Below are positions 26,304 to 36,499 of a DNA stretch of 64,000 nucleotides, one piece after another. The DNA is taken from positions 1 to 64,000 of the IMG/VR virus record IMGVR_UViG_3300021387_000141, one strand, 5' to 3'. Every line of letters starts with the position of its first letter. The first letter of the stretch is position 1. The notes under the pieces were generated by a model, which saw only the letters and a program-made list of their open reading frames with translations, ran no database searches and was not told where the DNA came from. Made by a program: the position numbers and the translations under genes. This DNA comes from a virus (taxonomy: Duplodnaviria > Caudoviricetes).

Positions 26304-29300
26304 TGGATTTTTTAGAGATCACCGAATCTGAAACAAAAAAAGGTACGGAGATCTATCCAAGCTTCATTGTCAACAACAAAACAACTGATCTGATGGTTCG
26401 CGGTAAAGATTTTTATGCCGTGTGGGTCGAAGAAAAAGGAATGTGGTCCACGGACGAACAGGACCTGATCGAACTGGTCGACAGCGAACTGGACCAATAT
26501 TACGAAGCAAACAAGGGCAAATGGGAACGGCGTCCGAAAATTCTTCATCTTCGCCGTGGAAACACAAAGATGATCGATGTTTTTCATCATTACTGCAAAG
26601 ATCAGATGCGTGAAAACTTTCATCCGCTGGATGAAAAATTGATATTTGCAAACCAGAAAACGAAAAAGAAGGACTATGCCAGTAAAAGATTGAACTATCC
26701 TTTGGAAAAAGGTCCGATCACCGCATGGGACCATATCCTGTCCGTTTTATATTCTGATGAAGAACGTCATAAGATCGAATGGTCCATTGGTTCGATCATC
26801 AGCGGAGATTCGAAAACGAATCAGAAGTTCGCGGTATTTTACGGACCCCCGGGTTCCGGTAAATCCACCATTCTGGACGTTATTGAGAAACTGTTCAAAG
26901 GATATTATTGTGTGTTCGATGCAAAATCGTTAGGCTCTTCCAACAGCCGTTTTGCATTGGAACCGTTCAAGATCAATCCGCTGGTCGCGATCCAGCATGA
27001 CGGTGATCTATCCAAAATTGAAGATAACCATTTGCTGAATTCGATCGTTTCTCATGATGAAATCCAAATCGAAGAAAAATTCAAAAGCCAATACCCGATG
27101 CGCTTTAAATGTTTTCTCTTTATGGGGACAAACAAGCCGGTGCGGATCACAGATGCAAAGTCCGGTCTGCTGCGGCGTCTGATTGATATTTCCCCGAAAG
27201 GGAAAGAAAAAATTCCCCGAAAAGAGTACAACGCACTGATCAAAATGATCGACTTTGAACTTGGTGCGATCGCGTGGCACTGCAAACAGGTCTATCTGGA
27301 AGACCCGCAGTATTACGACGACTATGTACCTTTGAAGATGTTGAACGCGTCAAATGATTTCTTTAATTTTGTCGCGGACAACTATTTTGTATTTAAAAAT
27401 GAAGACGGAATTACCCGGAATGCCGCTTATGAAAAGTATAAGGCTTATTGTGATGAAGCCAAGGTGACCTATCCGCTTTCCAGGCGCGCTTTCGGGGAAG
27501 AACTGACAAACTATTTTGATAATTTTGCGGACCGTGTTGTTCTGGAAGACGGGACCCGTGTACGAAGCTGGTACAGCGGTTTCCGTTCTGATAAATTTGA
27601 ACAGCAATGGAAAAAGAAGGATGAACCGGCAGAAAAGGATCCGAAAGAAAGATCCTGGCTGGAATTCAACAGCAAAGTAAGCCTGTTGGATGAAATGTTG
27701 AAAGATTGCCCTGCGCAATATGCAAACAGTGAAGGAACACCTCAGAAAGCATGGGACAGCTGTTTTACCAAACTTTCCGGGATCGATACGCATAAACTGC
27801 ATTATGTGAAAGTTCCGCTGCAGCATATTGTTATTGACTTTGATATTCCGGATGAAAACGGAAATAAGTGCTTTGAAAAAAATCTGGAAGCAGCTTCAAA
27901 ATGGCCACCGACTTATGCCGAACTCAGCAAAAGCGGAGCCGGGATCCACCTTCATTATATTTATCAGGGGGATCCGCTGGAACTGCGGATGAATTATGAT
28001 GACCACATTGAGATCAAGGTTTTTAATGGCGGCAGCAGCCTGCGAAGAATGCTGACACTGTGTAATACGATTGCCGTAGCCGTGATCAGTTCCGGTCTCC
28101 CCTTGAAGGAGAAAAAGAAAGTGGTAAATTTCAAGTCGTTCATCAACGACAAAGCGCTGATCAAAGCCATTGAACGAAACCTGAACAAAGAAAATGTGAA
28201 CGGCACATACAACAGCGTCAATCTGATCTATAAGGATCTGGAACGGGCTTATGCGGACGGCCTCCGTTATGACGTGCGGAAAATGAAGGACTCAATCCAT
28301 GATTTCGCCGCCAATTCGACGCATCATGACAAAGAAGCGATCAAGCTGGTCAACAAAATGAAGCTCTGTTCGGATGATTTTCTGGAACCTGAACCGATCC
28401 CTGAAGAGCAACCACAGACGAACTTCCCATTGATATTTTTCGATGTGGAAGTTTTTATTAATCTGCTGCTGATCTGCTGGAAGTATCCGGGTCCGGATAA
28501 AAAAGTCATACGGATGTTCAACCCCAGTCCCGAAGAGGTCTACTCACTGATGACCAATTACCGGCTGGTCGGGTTCAACTGCCGCAGATATGACAACCAT
28601 ATTCTGTATGCAAGAGCGCTCGGAAAAAACCTGAAACAGATCTATGAAGTTTCTCAGGGCATTATCAATAAAGATAAAAATGCATTTTTCCGGGAAGCGT
28701 ATGATGTTTCCTATACGGATATTTATGACTTCAGCAGTGTGAAACAATCTCTGAAAAAATTTGAGATCGATCTCGGGATCCATCATAAGGAATTGCCGAT
28801 CCCATGGGATCAGCCCTGTCCGGAGGAACGATGGAATGAAGTAGCGGAATATTGTGATAATGATGTGATCGCTACGGAAGCGGTGTTCAACGCCCGTCAG
28901 GATGATTTTCTGGCAAGGGAAATTCTGGCAGACATTGCCGGAATGAACGTAAACACCACGACCAACACGCTGACCACGCGGATCATTTTCGGAACAGACC
29001 GCGCGCCGCAGAACCAGTTCAATTATCGGAACCTTGCGGAACCGGTCGGTGCGGATCAGTATCAGAAGTATCGTGAACTTTTTGGAGCGGATTATGAATT
29101 TCGAGTATTTGACGAACGGGGATTGCCGCTGTACGAAACCTATCAGGGAGGACAGCTCTCGGCTGGATACTCTATCCTTCCGTTCTTCCCCGGATATGAA
29201 TTCGATGCCGGCAAATCCACCTATCTTGGTGATGAGATCGGAGAAGGCGGACGTGTATATGCTGAACCCGGCATGTATGCAGATGTGGATGCGGAAGACG

Positions 29301-30322
29301 TGACCTCCATGCACCCGCATTCGATCTGGGCGGAACGCTTGTTCGGTCCGAAATACAGCAAAAAGTTCTATGACCTGGTTGAGATCCGTGTAGCGATCAA
29401 AAAGGCGATCAAAACCGGAAATTATGACGATGCTTCCATGCTGATGGAAGGCAAGCTGACGAAATGGCTGACCAACGAAGACCAGGCAAAAGGCCTCGCG
29501 AACGCTTTGAAGATCGCGATCAACTCCGTATACGGTCTGACCAGCGCCCGGTTTGAAAACCCGTTCCGTGATATTCGGAACAAGGACAACATCGTTGCCA
29601 AACGCGGCGCTTTATTTATGACACTGCTGAAGCAGGAAGTCCAAAAGAGGGGTTTTCAGGTCTGCCATATTAAGACCGACTGTATCAAGATCCCGAATGC
29701 CACCCCGGAGATCATTGATTTCGTAAGGACATTCGGTAAAGAATTCGGTTACAGTTTCGAATGTGAAGCGCTTTATGACCGGTTCTGTCTGGTTAACGAC
29801 GCCGTTTATATTGCTCATGATAAAAACTGGCGCAAAGCGGTCGAAAAAGAAAAGGACCCGGTGAAAAAAGCAAAACTGGAACTGCTGAAAGGCTGGACCG
29901 CGACCGGGACCCAATTCCAGATCCCGTATGTGTTCAAAACCTTATTCACCCGGGAGCCGATCGAATTTGAAGATATGTGCGAAACCAAGCAGGTTACCAC
30001 CTGTTTATATCTGGATAAAGATGAAAATCTTCCGGAAGGTGAGCATGATTATCAATTCGTCGGACGCGTCGGCCAGTTTTGTCCGGTGAAATCCGGGCGG
30101 AACGGCGGACGGCTCGTTCGGGAAGCGACCGATAAAAACGGAAACGTCAAATACGATTCCGCCACCGGTGCGAAAGATTACCGCTGGATGGAATCGGAAG
30201 ATATCCGTGACTTCGGAAACGCAGATTATTGGATCGACCGCGGATATTATGACCGTCTGGTGGATGAAGCAGTCAATGATATTTCACAGTATGGCAATAT
30301 CGATTGGTTCCGTGATGTGTAA
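26303..30322 (+). CDS. Fused SF3 helicase - primase-like - family B DNA polymerase (with 3'-5' exonuclease)
   Basis: Walker A GPPGSGKST; IVIDFD...ELSKSGAGIHLHY prim-pol-like motifs; Exo I FFDVEV, Exo II GFNCRRYD, Exo III YCDND; PolB motifs DVTSMHP, KIAINSVYG, KTDC. Confidence 0.88.
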   Translation: MDFLEITESETKKGTEIYPSFIVNNKTTDLMVRGKDFYAVWVEEKGMWSTDEQDLIELVDSELDQYYEANKGKWERRPKILHLRRGNTKMIDVFHHYCKDQMRENFHPLDEKLIFANQKTKKKDYASKRLNYPLEKGPITAWDHILSVLYSDEERHKIEWSIGSIISGDSKTNQKFAVFYGPPGSGKSTILDVIEKLFKGYYCVFDAKSLGSSNSRFALEPFKINPLVAIQHDGDLSKIEDNHLLNSIVSHDEIQIEEKFKSQYPMRFKCFLFMGTNKPVRITDAKSGLLRRLIDISPKGKEKIPRKEYNALIKMIDFELGAIAWHCKQVYLEDPQYYDDYVPLKMLNASNDFFNFVADNYFVFKNEDGITRNAAYEKYKAYCDEAKVTYPLSRRAFGEELTNYFDNFADRVVLEDGTRVRSWYSGFRSDKFEQQWKKKDEPAEKDPKERSWLEFNSKVSLLDEMLKDCPAQYANSEGTPQKAWDSCFTKLSGIDTHKLHYVKVPLQHIVIDFDIPDENGNKCFEKNLEAASKWPPTYAELSKSGAGIHLHYIYQGDPLELRMNYDDHIEIKVFNGGSSLRRMLTLCNTIAVAVISSGLPLKEKKKVVNFKSFINDKALIKAIERNLNKENVNGTYNSVNLIYKDLERAYADGLRYDVRKMKDSIHDFAANSTHHDKEAIKLVNKMKLCSDDFLEPEPIPEEQPQTNFPLIFFDVEVFINLLLICWKYPGPDKKVIRMFNPSPEEVYSLMTNYRLVGFNCRRYDNHILYARALGKNLKQIYEVSQGIINKDKNAFFREAYDVSYTDIYDFSSVKQSLKKFEIDLGIHHKELPIPWDQPCPEERWNEVAEYCDNDVIATEAVFNARQDDFLAREILADIAGMNVNTTTNTLTTRIIFGTDRAPQNQFNYRNLAEPVGADQYQKYRELFGADYEFRVFDERGLPLYETYQGGQLSAGYSILPFFPGYEFDAGKSTYLGDEIGEGGRVYAEPGMYADVDAEDVTSMHPHSIWAERLFGPKYSKKFYDLVEIRVAIKKAIKTGNYDDASMLMEGKLTKWLTNEDQAKGLANALKIAINSVYGLTSARFENPFRDIRNKDNIVAKRGALFMTLLKQEVQKRGFQVCHIKTDCIKIPNATPEIIDFVRTFGKEFGYSFECEALYDRFCLVNDAVYIAHDKNWRKAVEKEKDPVKKAKLELLKGWTATGTQFQIPYVFKTLFTREPIEFEDMCETKQVTTCLYLDKDENLPEGEHDYQFVGRVGQFCPVKSGRNGGRLVREATDKNGNVKYDSATGAKDYRWMESEDIRDFGNADYWIDRGYYDRLVDEAVNDISQYGNIDWFRDV

Positions 30323-30336
30323 AGGAGAAAGAAATT

Positions 30337-30606
30337 GTGAGAAAAATTGTATTGTTTTTATTGAATAAGATCGTAACGACTCTGACGGTCGTATGGACGG
30401 TCCTGGCATTCATTCCGCTGCTGCTCGGCGGATTCATGATTGATATTTTGCTTCGCATTATGGGGGTCGAAAAGATGTTCATGATGCTGACGAACCTGGC
30501 AAACTGGTGCGAATTGGTCAGCATTTATCTGAAGACCCGTAAAAGTAAAAATAATTTAGAAAAAAATAATAATGAACCTTTAGGAGAAAATAAAGAATAT
30601 GTCTGA
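30337..30606 (+). CDS. Membrane protein
   Basis: GTG start, RBS aaggag; long hydrophobic segment. Confidence 0.6.
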   Translation: MRKIVLFLLNKIVTTLTVVWTVLAFIPLLLGGFMIDILLRIMGVEKMFMMLTNLANWCELVSIYLKTRKSKNNLEKNNNEPLGENKEYV

Positions 30607-31165
30607 TATGAGATTTATTGTCAATGATCATGGTAAAGAACAGTTGGTGATTGAAGATGCGGTTATCCGTTTTCATAATTATTCCGGTCTGCAGACTGAA
30701 TTCAACAACCCGGGAAACCGGAATTTTGATGTGATCCTGCCGAACAATGATATGGCCGTTGAAATGGGTGAAAAAGGCTGGAATGTCAAGATCCGCAAAC
30801 CGCGCGATCCGGAAGAAGAGCCGTATTATACCCTGAACGTGAAGATCAACATGGACAGCAAATGGCCTCCGACGATCGAAGAAGTCTGCCGCAATAAGCA
30901 TATTACTTATGATAAGGAAATGGTCGGCCAGTTTGATCCGAAACACCCGGACAAATACCTAGATAATAATAAGGGCATGGATGGTATTCCGATGACGGAT
31001 ATCGGCCTGGTCATCAACGGTTCCGAGTGGGATTCCAAATTTGGACATGGCATCAAGGCCTACCTGGACCAGTTCTATTTCCGCACGAAGCCTTCGATCT
31101 TCGGCAATAAATATGATGTCGAAGAAACCGCTGCACCCGTTGAAGAAGACGACATTCCGTTCTAA
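30599..31165 (+). CDS. ssb: Putative single-stranded DNA-binding protein
   Basis: Acidic C-terminal tip EEDDIPF; position after the polymerase. Confidence 0.7.
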   Translation: MSDMRFIVNDHGKEQLVIEDAVIRFHNYSGLQTEFNNPGNRNFDVILPNNDMAVEMGEKGWNVKIRKPRDPEEEPYYTLNVKINMDSKWPPTIEEVCRNKHITYDKEMVGQFDPKHPDKYLDNNKGMDGIPMTDIGLVINGSEWDSKFGHGIKAYLDQFYFRTKPSIFGNKYDVEETAAPVEEDDIPF

Positions 31166-31229
31166 CGAACCGTAACACAAAGGAGCAGGATTAATATTCT
31201 GCTCCTTCACTTTTTAAAAAGGAAATGAA

Positions 31230-31385
31230 ATGGCGCTGGTTCTATTGATATTTGCTTTGGAACTATTGCTCAGCGGGCTGATCTTCCGGGTTCTCGGCGA
31301 ATTAACGCTCGGACTTCTCGGAGGCGTCCTGCTGCTTGACGGGGTCTTCCTGCTGCTCGGGGCGATCCTGGCATTGATATTTTAA
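31230..31385 (+). CDS. 51-aa extremely hydrophobic two-helix peptide (not in ORF track)
   Basis: MALVLLIFALELLLSGLIFRVLGELTLGLLGGVLLLDGVFLLLGAILALIF; RBS aaagga. Confidence 0.6.
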   Translation: MALVLLIFALELLLSGLIFRVLGELTLGLLGGVLLLDGVFLLLGAILALIF

Positions 31386-31397
31386 AGGCAGGGAAAC

Positions 31398-31841
31398 ATG
31401 TTCCTTACCAGTAACCATGAGCGCTGGATGGCTTATCTGAAACATAAAAAGACCGTCTATGAGCTCATGCATGAAGAATTAAATGAATTTATGGAGAAAA
31501 AAATTATGGCAAAAAAAGTTGAAAAACAGGAAGGCGTTGAACTCGCTAATACATATATGCTGAAAAAAATCGCGGCGTTTCTGGCCGGCAAGAAATTCTA
31601 TGGAAAAGAGCTGCCTGATGCGGAACAGATGAAAAAAGCGGCGTTTGATATTTCCAAACGCGGAAAGCTTTACAAGATGCTGGCTGCTGCCGGTATCCAA
31701 ACGCACTTCGATCTTGCCATGGGTACAGAAAAGACCAACATCAATGAAGCCTCTTTCGGTATTTATGCAAAGATCATTCAGCAGTATCGTGCACAGGTGA
31801 TCAAAAAGTCTTTTGCGCATCGTAAGGACGAATGCAAATGA
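31398..31841 (+). CDS. Hypothetical protein with weak alpha-CTD-like segment
   Basis: RGKLYKMLAAAGIQTHFDLA. Confidence 0.6.
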   Translation: MFLTSNHERWMAYLKHKKTVYELMHEELNEFMEKKIMAKKVEKQEGVELANTYMLKKIAAFLAGKKFYGKELPDAEQMKKAAFDISKRGKLYKMLAAAGIQTHFDLAMGTEKTNINEASFGIYAKIIQQYRAQVIKKSFAHRKDECK

Positions 31842-32515
31842 TAAGCATTTCCGATTGGTCTGTTTATGGCTGGCAGGAAGCGATCCGCGGAGCACGAAAC
31901 AGCTGGCATTCACATGAAAGATGCGACAGCGAATTTGATACTCACGGTAATCTGCTGTCGCTGGGGAATAATGACTACAGCTTGCTGAAAATGCTTTCGG
32001 AAGCCGGCGGCTCTCATGCAAAATACCGCAGAATGATCGCGGTTTACTGTGATATTACCGCACCGCTTTACTGGTGGAAGGAATTTGATACCTATAAAGT
32101 CGGAACTGTGGCAAATTCCGAAAGCACGATGCACACCCTTCTGGATAAACCGCTTGATATTTCCCGGTTCAGTGTGGATCAACTTTTCATCAAACCGTGG
32201 GAAGATAAAAATCAGACGAAATCTTCAATGGACACCATGACAGTGGTCATTAATCAGATGAATTTCTGGCGGGATCTTTATCTGGATGAACCGGATCCAA
32301 AGGTTAAAAAAGATATTTGGTACCAGATCATCCAGCTGCTGCCTTCTTCTTTCAACCAGAAACGGACGGTCATGCTGAACTACGAAGTCCTGGCAAACAT
32401 TTATAAAGACCGGAAGAACCATAAACTGGAAGAATGGCAGGAATTCTGTAAATGGATCAAATTCTTTATACCGTATTCTTATCTGATCACCGGTGAAGAA
32501 ACACATGGTATTTAA
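31832..32515 (+). CDS. thyX: ThyX-like (flavin-dependent thymidylate synthase family) protein, divergent motif
   Basis: HAKYRRMIAVYCDITAPLYWWKEFDTY...NSESTMH...QLLPSSF..RTVMLNYEVL; located next to dUTPase. Confidence 0.55.
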   Translation: MQMISISDWSVYGWQEAIRGARNSWHSHERCDSEFDTHGNLLSLGNNDYSLLKMLSEAGGSHAKYRRMIAVYCDITAPLYWWKEFDTYKVGTVANSESTMHTLLDKPLDISRFSVDQLFIKPWEDKNQTKSSMDTMTVVINQMNFWRDLYLDEPDPKVKKDIWYQIIQLLPSSFNQKRTVMLNYEVLANIYKDRKNHKLEEWQEFCKWIKFFIPYSYLITGEETHGI

Positions 32516-32536
32516 TTTGAAACGAAAGGGAAACAA

Positions 32537-33055
32537 ATGATTCGATTTTTCAGAGTAAGCGACGAACAGTTGAAACGCGATTGGGAAAAATTGCACTGGC
32601 CGATGACCGACGAAAACAGTCTGGAAGATGCGGTCTTCCGGATGCCGACACGAGCCACGATGGACAGCGCCGGGTATGATATTTTCGCCCCGATCAACCT
32701 GCTGCTGCGGGCCGGAGAATCCATGACCATCCCTACCGGATGGAAAGTGGCTTTGCCGACCGGATCATTTTTGATGCTGGTCCCGCGGTCGGGGCTGGGG
32801 TTCAAATATCAGATCGGTCTGGCAAACACCGTCGGGATCATTGATGCTGATTATTATGATAATCCCGACAACGAAGGCCACATCATGGTGAAACTGGTCA
32901 ACCGCGGAGATAAAGACTGCCGGATCTATGCCGGAAAAAACGCGATCTGCCAGGGGATCATTCTGGATTATTTGATCACAGATGATGATTTCCCCGGAAA
33001 AGATATTCGCGCCGGCGGATTCGGTTCGACGGATGTGATTAAGGAGAACTTATGA
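32537..33055 (+). CDS. dut: Trimeric dUTPase
   Basis: Motifs SAGYDI, PRSGLG, GIIDADY, CQGI, RAGGFGST. Confidence 0.92.
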   Translation: MIRFFRVSDEQLKRDWEKLHWPMTDENSLEDAVFRMPTRATMDSAGYDIFAPINLLLRAGESMTIPTGWKVALPTGSFLMLVPRSGLGFKYQIGLANTVGIIDADYYDNPDNEGHIMVKLVNRGDKDCRIYAGKNAICQGIILDYLITDDDFPGKDIRAGGFGSTDVIKENL

Positions 33056-33318
33056 TCGTTTTATATTCAACCGGATGCCCGCTTTGTAAAACTCTTGAAA
33101 TGAAGTTAAACCAGGCGGGCGTCTCTTATACCAAAATTACGGATACCGAAGAGATGGAAAAGCTTGGTTTGCAATCTGTGCCGGTGCTTTCCGTGAATGG
33201 TGAACTGATGTATTTTTCAGATGCGATGAAATACGTATCCGGTAACCTTTCAGGAAGCATCCACATGGCTAACGAGGAGAACCGAATAAATGAAGATCAA
33301 CATCAAACTGGATCCTGA
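33052..33318 (+). CDS. nrdH: Glutaredoxin/NrdH-like redoxin
   Basis: YSTGCPLC CxxC motif; SVPVL cis-Pro motif. Confidence 0.8.
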   Translation: MIVLYSTGCPLCKTLEMKLNQAGVSYTKITDTEEMEKLGLQSVPVLSVNGELMYFSDAMKYVSGNLSGSIHMANEENRINEDQHQTGS

Positions 33319-35209
33319 TTTTTCTTATGAATTTACAAAATTGAAAAGCATTTATGGTGAAGATCTGGCTGCGCTGAACGGACTTTCGGACAGCCAACTG
33401 GATTACACCGATTTTATTGATAACTTTATTGATACCGAAACGGTGGCGGACGCTTCCGTGGATGCAAATGCCAACGTTTCCAACAAATCCGTAGTCACGC
33501 TGCTGAATGAAATGGCAAAACCGCATCAGAAGCTGCTGGCTTTCAATAAGATATTTTATGAAATGAAAAAGAAATATGGCCTCGAAACTGCCAGACACTG
33601 GCTGGAAACGGAATGGATCGGTGCGCTTTATATGCATGATGCGCATCATGCCTCTTACCTGCATTACTGCTGGGCATCCAGCCTGCAGGACCTGGCGGAA
33701 AAAGGCCTGTACTTCATTGATAATTTCAATGCGGAACCCCCGAAACATTTGGGGACTTTTGTTGATTTTGTCAAGGAGTTCATCAGCTTCTGCGCAAACA
33801 GCTCCTCCGGTGCGGTCGGGCTCCCGGATCTGATCATCTATATGTATTATTTCTGGGATCGGGATATCCAAAAAGACTATTACACCGAAACACCGGTGAA
33901 GTACGCTAAACAGCAGATCCAGCGGCTGATCTATGCTTTGAACCAGCCGTTCCTGCGCGGAAACATTCAATCCGCTTTTACCAATACTTCTATTTTTGAC
34001 CATCCTTATCTGGAAGCGCTGTTCGGCGGGATGACTTTTCCGGATGGAAAGCTCATGTATGACGAGATCGAAGAGATCATGAATTTCCAGAAACTTTTTA
34101 TGGAAACCATGCATGAAATTCGGGAAAAGAACATGATGACTTATCCGGTCAACACGATCAGTCTGCTGAAAGATGAAAACGGAAACTTTGTGGATGAGCC
34201 TTTTGCTGAATGGGCCTGCGAACAGAACATGAAGTGGTGCGACAGCAATTTCTTCATTGATGACTCGGTCACCAGCCTCAGTTCCTGCTGCCGGCTTTCC
34301 AACAACGTGAAAGACCTTTACATGAACTCGATCGGCGGCACCGCGCTGAAGGTCGGTTCGGAAAAGGTGAACACGATCAATCTGGCGATGATCGCTTATG
34401 AATCCAAAGGTGAAAAGGACAAATACTTTGATATTCTGAAAGATCGTGTTGAGATCTGCCTGAAGGCTTTGGATGTCGTCCGTCATATCATCCAGCGGAA
34501 TATCGAAAAAGGGCTGATGAAGAACTTTGATAAAGGCATCGTGGAAATGGATAAACTGTATTCCACGATCGGGATCATCGGGATCTATGAAACACTGGAA
34601 AAATTCGGCTATGTAAAAAAAGACGATTTCGGCTACACCACCTATACGGAAGAAGGATTGACATTTGCCGAAGAGATCCTGAAGTTCATCCATAAAATGA
34701 AAGATGAATTTAAAAAGGATCAGGCCGTTGACTACATGATCAACATCGAAGCCGTCCCGGCGGAAAGCGCCGCGGCAAAGCTGATGCAGAAAAACAAGAT
34801 TCTGTTCCCGGATGAAAAGTATGACCTTCCGCTTTACGCGAACCAGTGGATTCCGCTGGCGGTTCGCACTTCGATCCAGAACAAGATTGATATTTCCGCA
34901 CGGCTGGATGAAGCCTGTACCGGCGGGTCGATCTGCCATATTAATATTGACAGCCCATTCCAGAGCTTTGATATTGCCTGGGACCTGCTGCGGGATCTGG
35001 CGAAATCCGGCGTGAAGTATTTCGCTTTCTGCACCCGGATCAGCGCCTGTAAACACAACCATGGTTTTTACGGCGAAACCTGTCCGGTCTGCGGAGAAAA
35101 GAAAGTGACGACTTACCAGCGGATCGTCGGATTTCTGACACCCGTACGGAGCTACAGTGAGCCGCGTAAGGAGGAATTCTATATGCGGGATTGGATGAAA
35201 GTCGAATGA
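33290..35209 (+). CDS. nrdD: Anaerobic (class III) ribonucleoside-triphosphate reductase, no ATP cone
   Basis: YMHD N-terminal motif; SSCCRL finger loop; EAVPAESAA; C-terminal CKHNH..CPVC zinc site and glycyl-radical loop YQRIVGFL. Confidence 0.9.
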   Translation: MKINIKLDPDFSYEFTKLKSIYGEDLAALNGLSDSQLDYTDFIDNFIDTETVADASVDANANVSNKSVVTLLNEMAKPHQKLLAFNKIFYEMKKKYGLETARHWLETEWIGALYMHDAHHASYLHYCWASSLQDLAEKGLYFIDNFNAEPPKHLGTFVDFVKEFISFCANSSSGAVGLPDLIIYMYYFWDRDIQKDYYTETPVKYAKQQIQRLIYALNQPFLRGNIQSAFTNTSIFDHPYLEALFGGMTFPDGKLMYDEIEEIMNFQKLFMETMHEIREKNMMTYPVNTISLLKDENGNFVDEPFAEWACEQNMKWCDSNFFIDDSVTSLSSCCRLSNNVKDLYMNSIGGTALKVGSEKVNTINLAMIAYESKGEKDKYFDILKDRVEICLKALDVVRHIIQRNIEKGLMKNFDKGIVEMDKLYSTIGIIGIYETLEKFGYVKKDDFGYTTYTEEGLTFAEEILKFIHKMKDEFKKDQAVDYMINIEAVPAESAAAKLMQKNKILFPDEKYDLPLYANQWIPLAVRTSIQNKIDISARLDEACTGGSICHINIDSPFQSFDIAWDLLRDLAKSGVKYFAFCTRISACKHNHGFYGETCPVCGEKKVTTYQRIVGFLTPVRSYSEPRKEEFYMRDWMKVE

Positions 35210-35394
35210 GCCTGGATAAAGCGATCGAGCATAAAAAGGAACATCGGAAGCCTTACCGCGGTGCCAAAGCCATCGACAGCACCTGCCGGAATCACGGGTC
35301 CTGTCCCTGGTGCCGCAGCAACCGGCTGCATAAATTCAGGAAAAAAGAGCCAGAGGATGAGATTGATATTTCTGAAACGGAGGAAGAGCGTTGA
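35206..35394 (+). CDS. Small basic Cys/His protein
   Basis: KEHRKPYRGAKAIDSTCRNHGSCPWC. Confidence 0.7.
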   Translation: MSLDKAIEHKKEHRKPYRGAKAIDSTCRNHGSCPWCRSNRLHKFRKKEPEDEIDISETEEER

Positions 35395-35639
35395 AAAATT
35401 TACCGCTTACATGGGAAGAAATCCAAGAAATGAATAACTGTCCGGTCTGGATCAAGATCGGCTATAGTGGTTTTTGGGCGGTCATTGAAGCTCATTCGTA
35501 TAACAACTTCATGTATGATTGCATTGATTTTTATACCAATCCGAAATTATTCGACAAACGCGGTTTGACGGCCAGCGTTCTTCATCGATTCCAGATGGGT
35601 GAATTTTGGGAAGCTTATCGGGACGATCCTCATGGATAG
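35391..35639 (+). CDS. Hypothetical protein; PLTWEEIQ..CPVW motif shared with 47156..47623
   Basis: TTG start with RBS ggagg; internal paralogy. Confidence 0.65.
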   Translation: MKNLPLTWEEIQEMNNCPVWIKIGYSGFWAVIEAHSYNNFMYDCIDFYTNPKLFDKRGLTASVLHRFQMGEFWEAYRDDPHG

Positions 35640-35904
35640 TTATATGCTTAGATTAATGTATGCTGACAAAAGCTATCGGGATTACGGCATGATATTTGAA
35701 GAATCCGTCAGTACTGCGGAATCTCAGCATTTTGTTGAACAGTTTTTAGAAGGAAATGACTTCAAAAAATGCTCGGAAAACTTATGGATAAATCAAAATA
35801 CCGGAACTCAGGTTTTTGTCATGTATAAAAAAATTGAGAAAGAGGAAATAAATGGAAAAAATGATTCACTGCCGTCTGGAAGCGCCGACGGAAATATTGA
35901 ATAA
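35632..35904 (+). CDS. Hypothetical protein
   Basis: Intact ORF in operon. Confidence 0.55.
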   Translation: MDSYMLRLMYADKSYRDYGMIFEESVSTAESQHFVEQFLEGNDFKKCSENLWINQNTGTQVFVMYKKIEKEEINGKNDSLPSGSADGNIE

Positions 35905-36499
35905 ATACATTATTAATGAAGAGTTCAACTTCCATGAAGTGATCCCGAGACCGGGGATTTATGACGATCCGGAACTGTCGGAGGACAATGACCCGAACGC
36001 CTGCATCTACTGGTATCTCAGCCGGCGCGGAAAACTAAGCATTGCCGAGGTTTTGGAGCAGTATCCTGATTCTAAATATTTCAAAACACCGTCCGCAGGT
36101 GCTTTAATTCAGGAATTGGTTGACTCTATTGATGAATTAAAACAGGGCTCCGATTGGTTTTATCATCTCGGTGAAAAATTCGTGGATGCCATTCAGCGTT
36201 ACGGATACCGCAGCTGGTATTACTGGGATCTGGCAAATTGGGGAACAAAATATAACGCGCTGAATACCGATTATGACTGGGAATTACCGGACTTTCATTA
36301 TGTGGAATTTGATGCTGCCTATACTCCGCCCATGGATGTCATCTATAAGATATTTAAATGCCATCCGGATGATTTTCTTCACTTTGAATGGTGGGAAGCA
36401 AATAAATATGACAGCGATCATTATGGTCTTATAAAAGATGAATGCGGAGAATGGACCCAGATCCATAGCTGGAAGGAAATCCCGGATGCAGCTGTTTGA
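35852..36499 (+). CDS. DUF1281/YubB ferredoxin-like domain protein
   Basis: FNFHEVIPRP...WYYWDLANWGTKYNA...EFDAAYTPP. Confidence 0.6.
   Translation: MEKMIHCRLEAPTEILNKYIINEEFNFHEVIPRPGIYDDPELSEDNDPNACIYWYLSRRGKLSIAEVLEQYPDSKYFKTPSAGALIQELVDSIDELKQGSDWFYHLGEKFVDAIQRYGYRSWYYWDLANWGTKYNALNTDYDWELPDFHYVEFDAAYTPPMDVIYKIFKCHPDDFLHFEWWEANKYDSDHYGLIKDECGEWTQIHSWKEIPDAAV

Noticed and set aside
33269-35062. 597-aa minus-strand ORF
   Set aside because: Antisense shadow of nrdD; no RBS or recognisable motifs.
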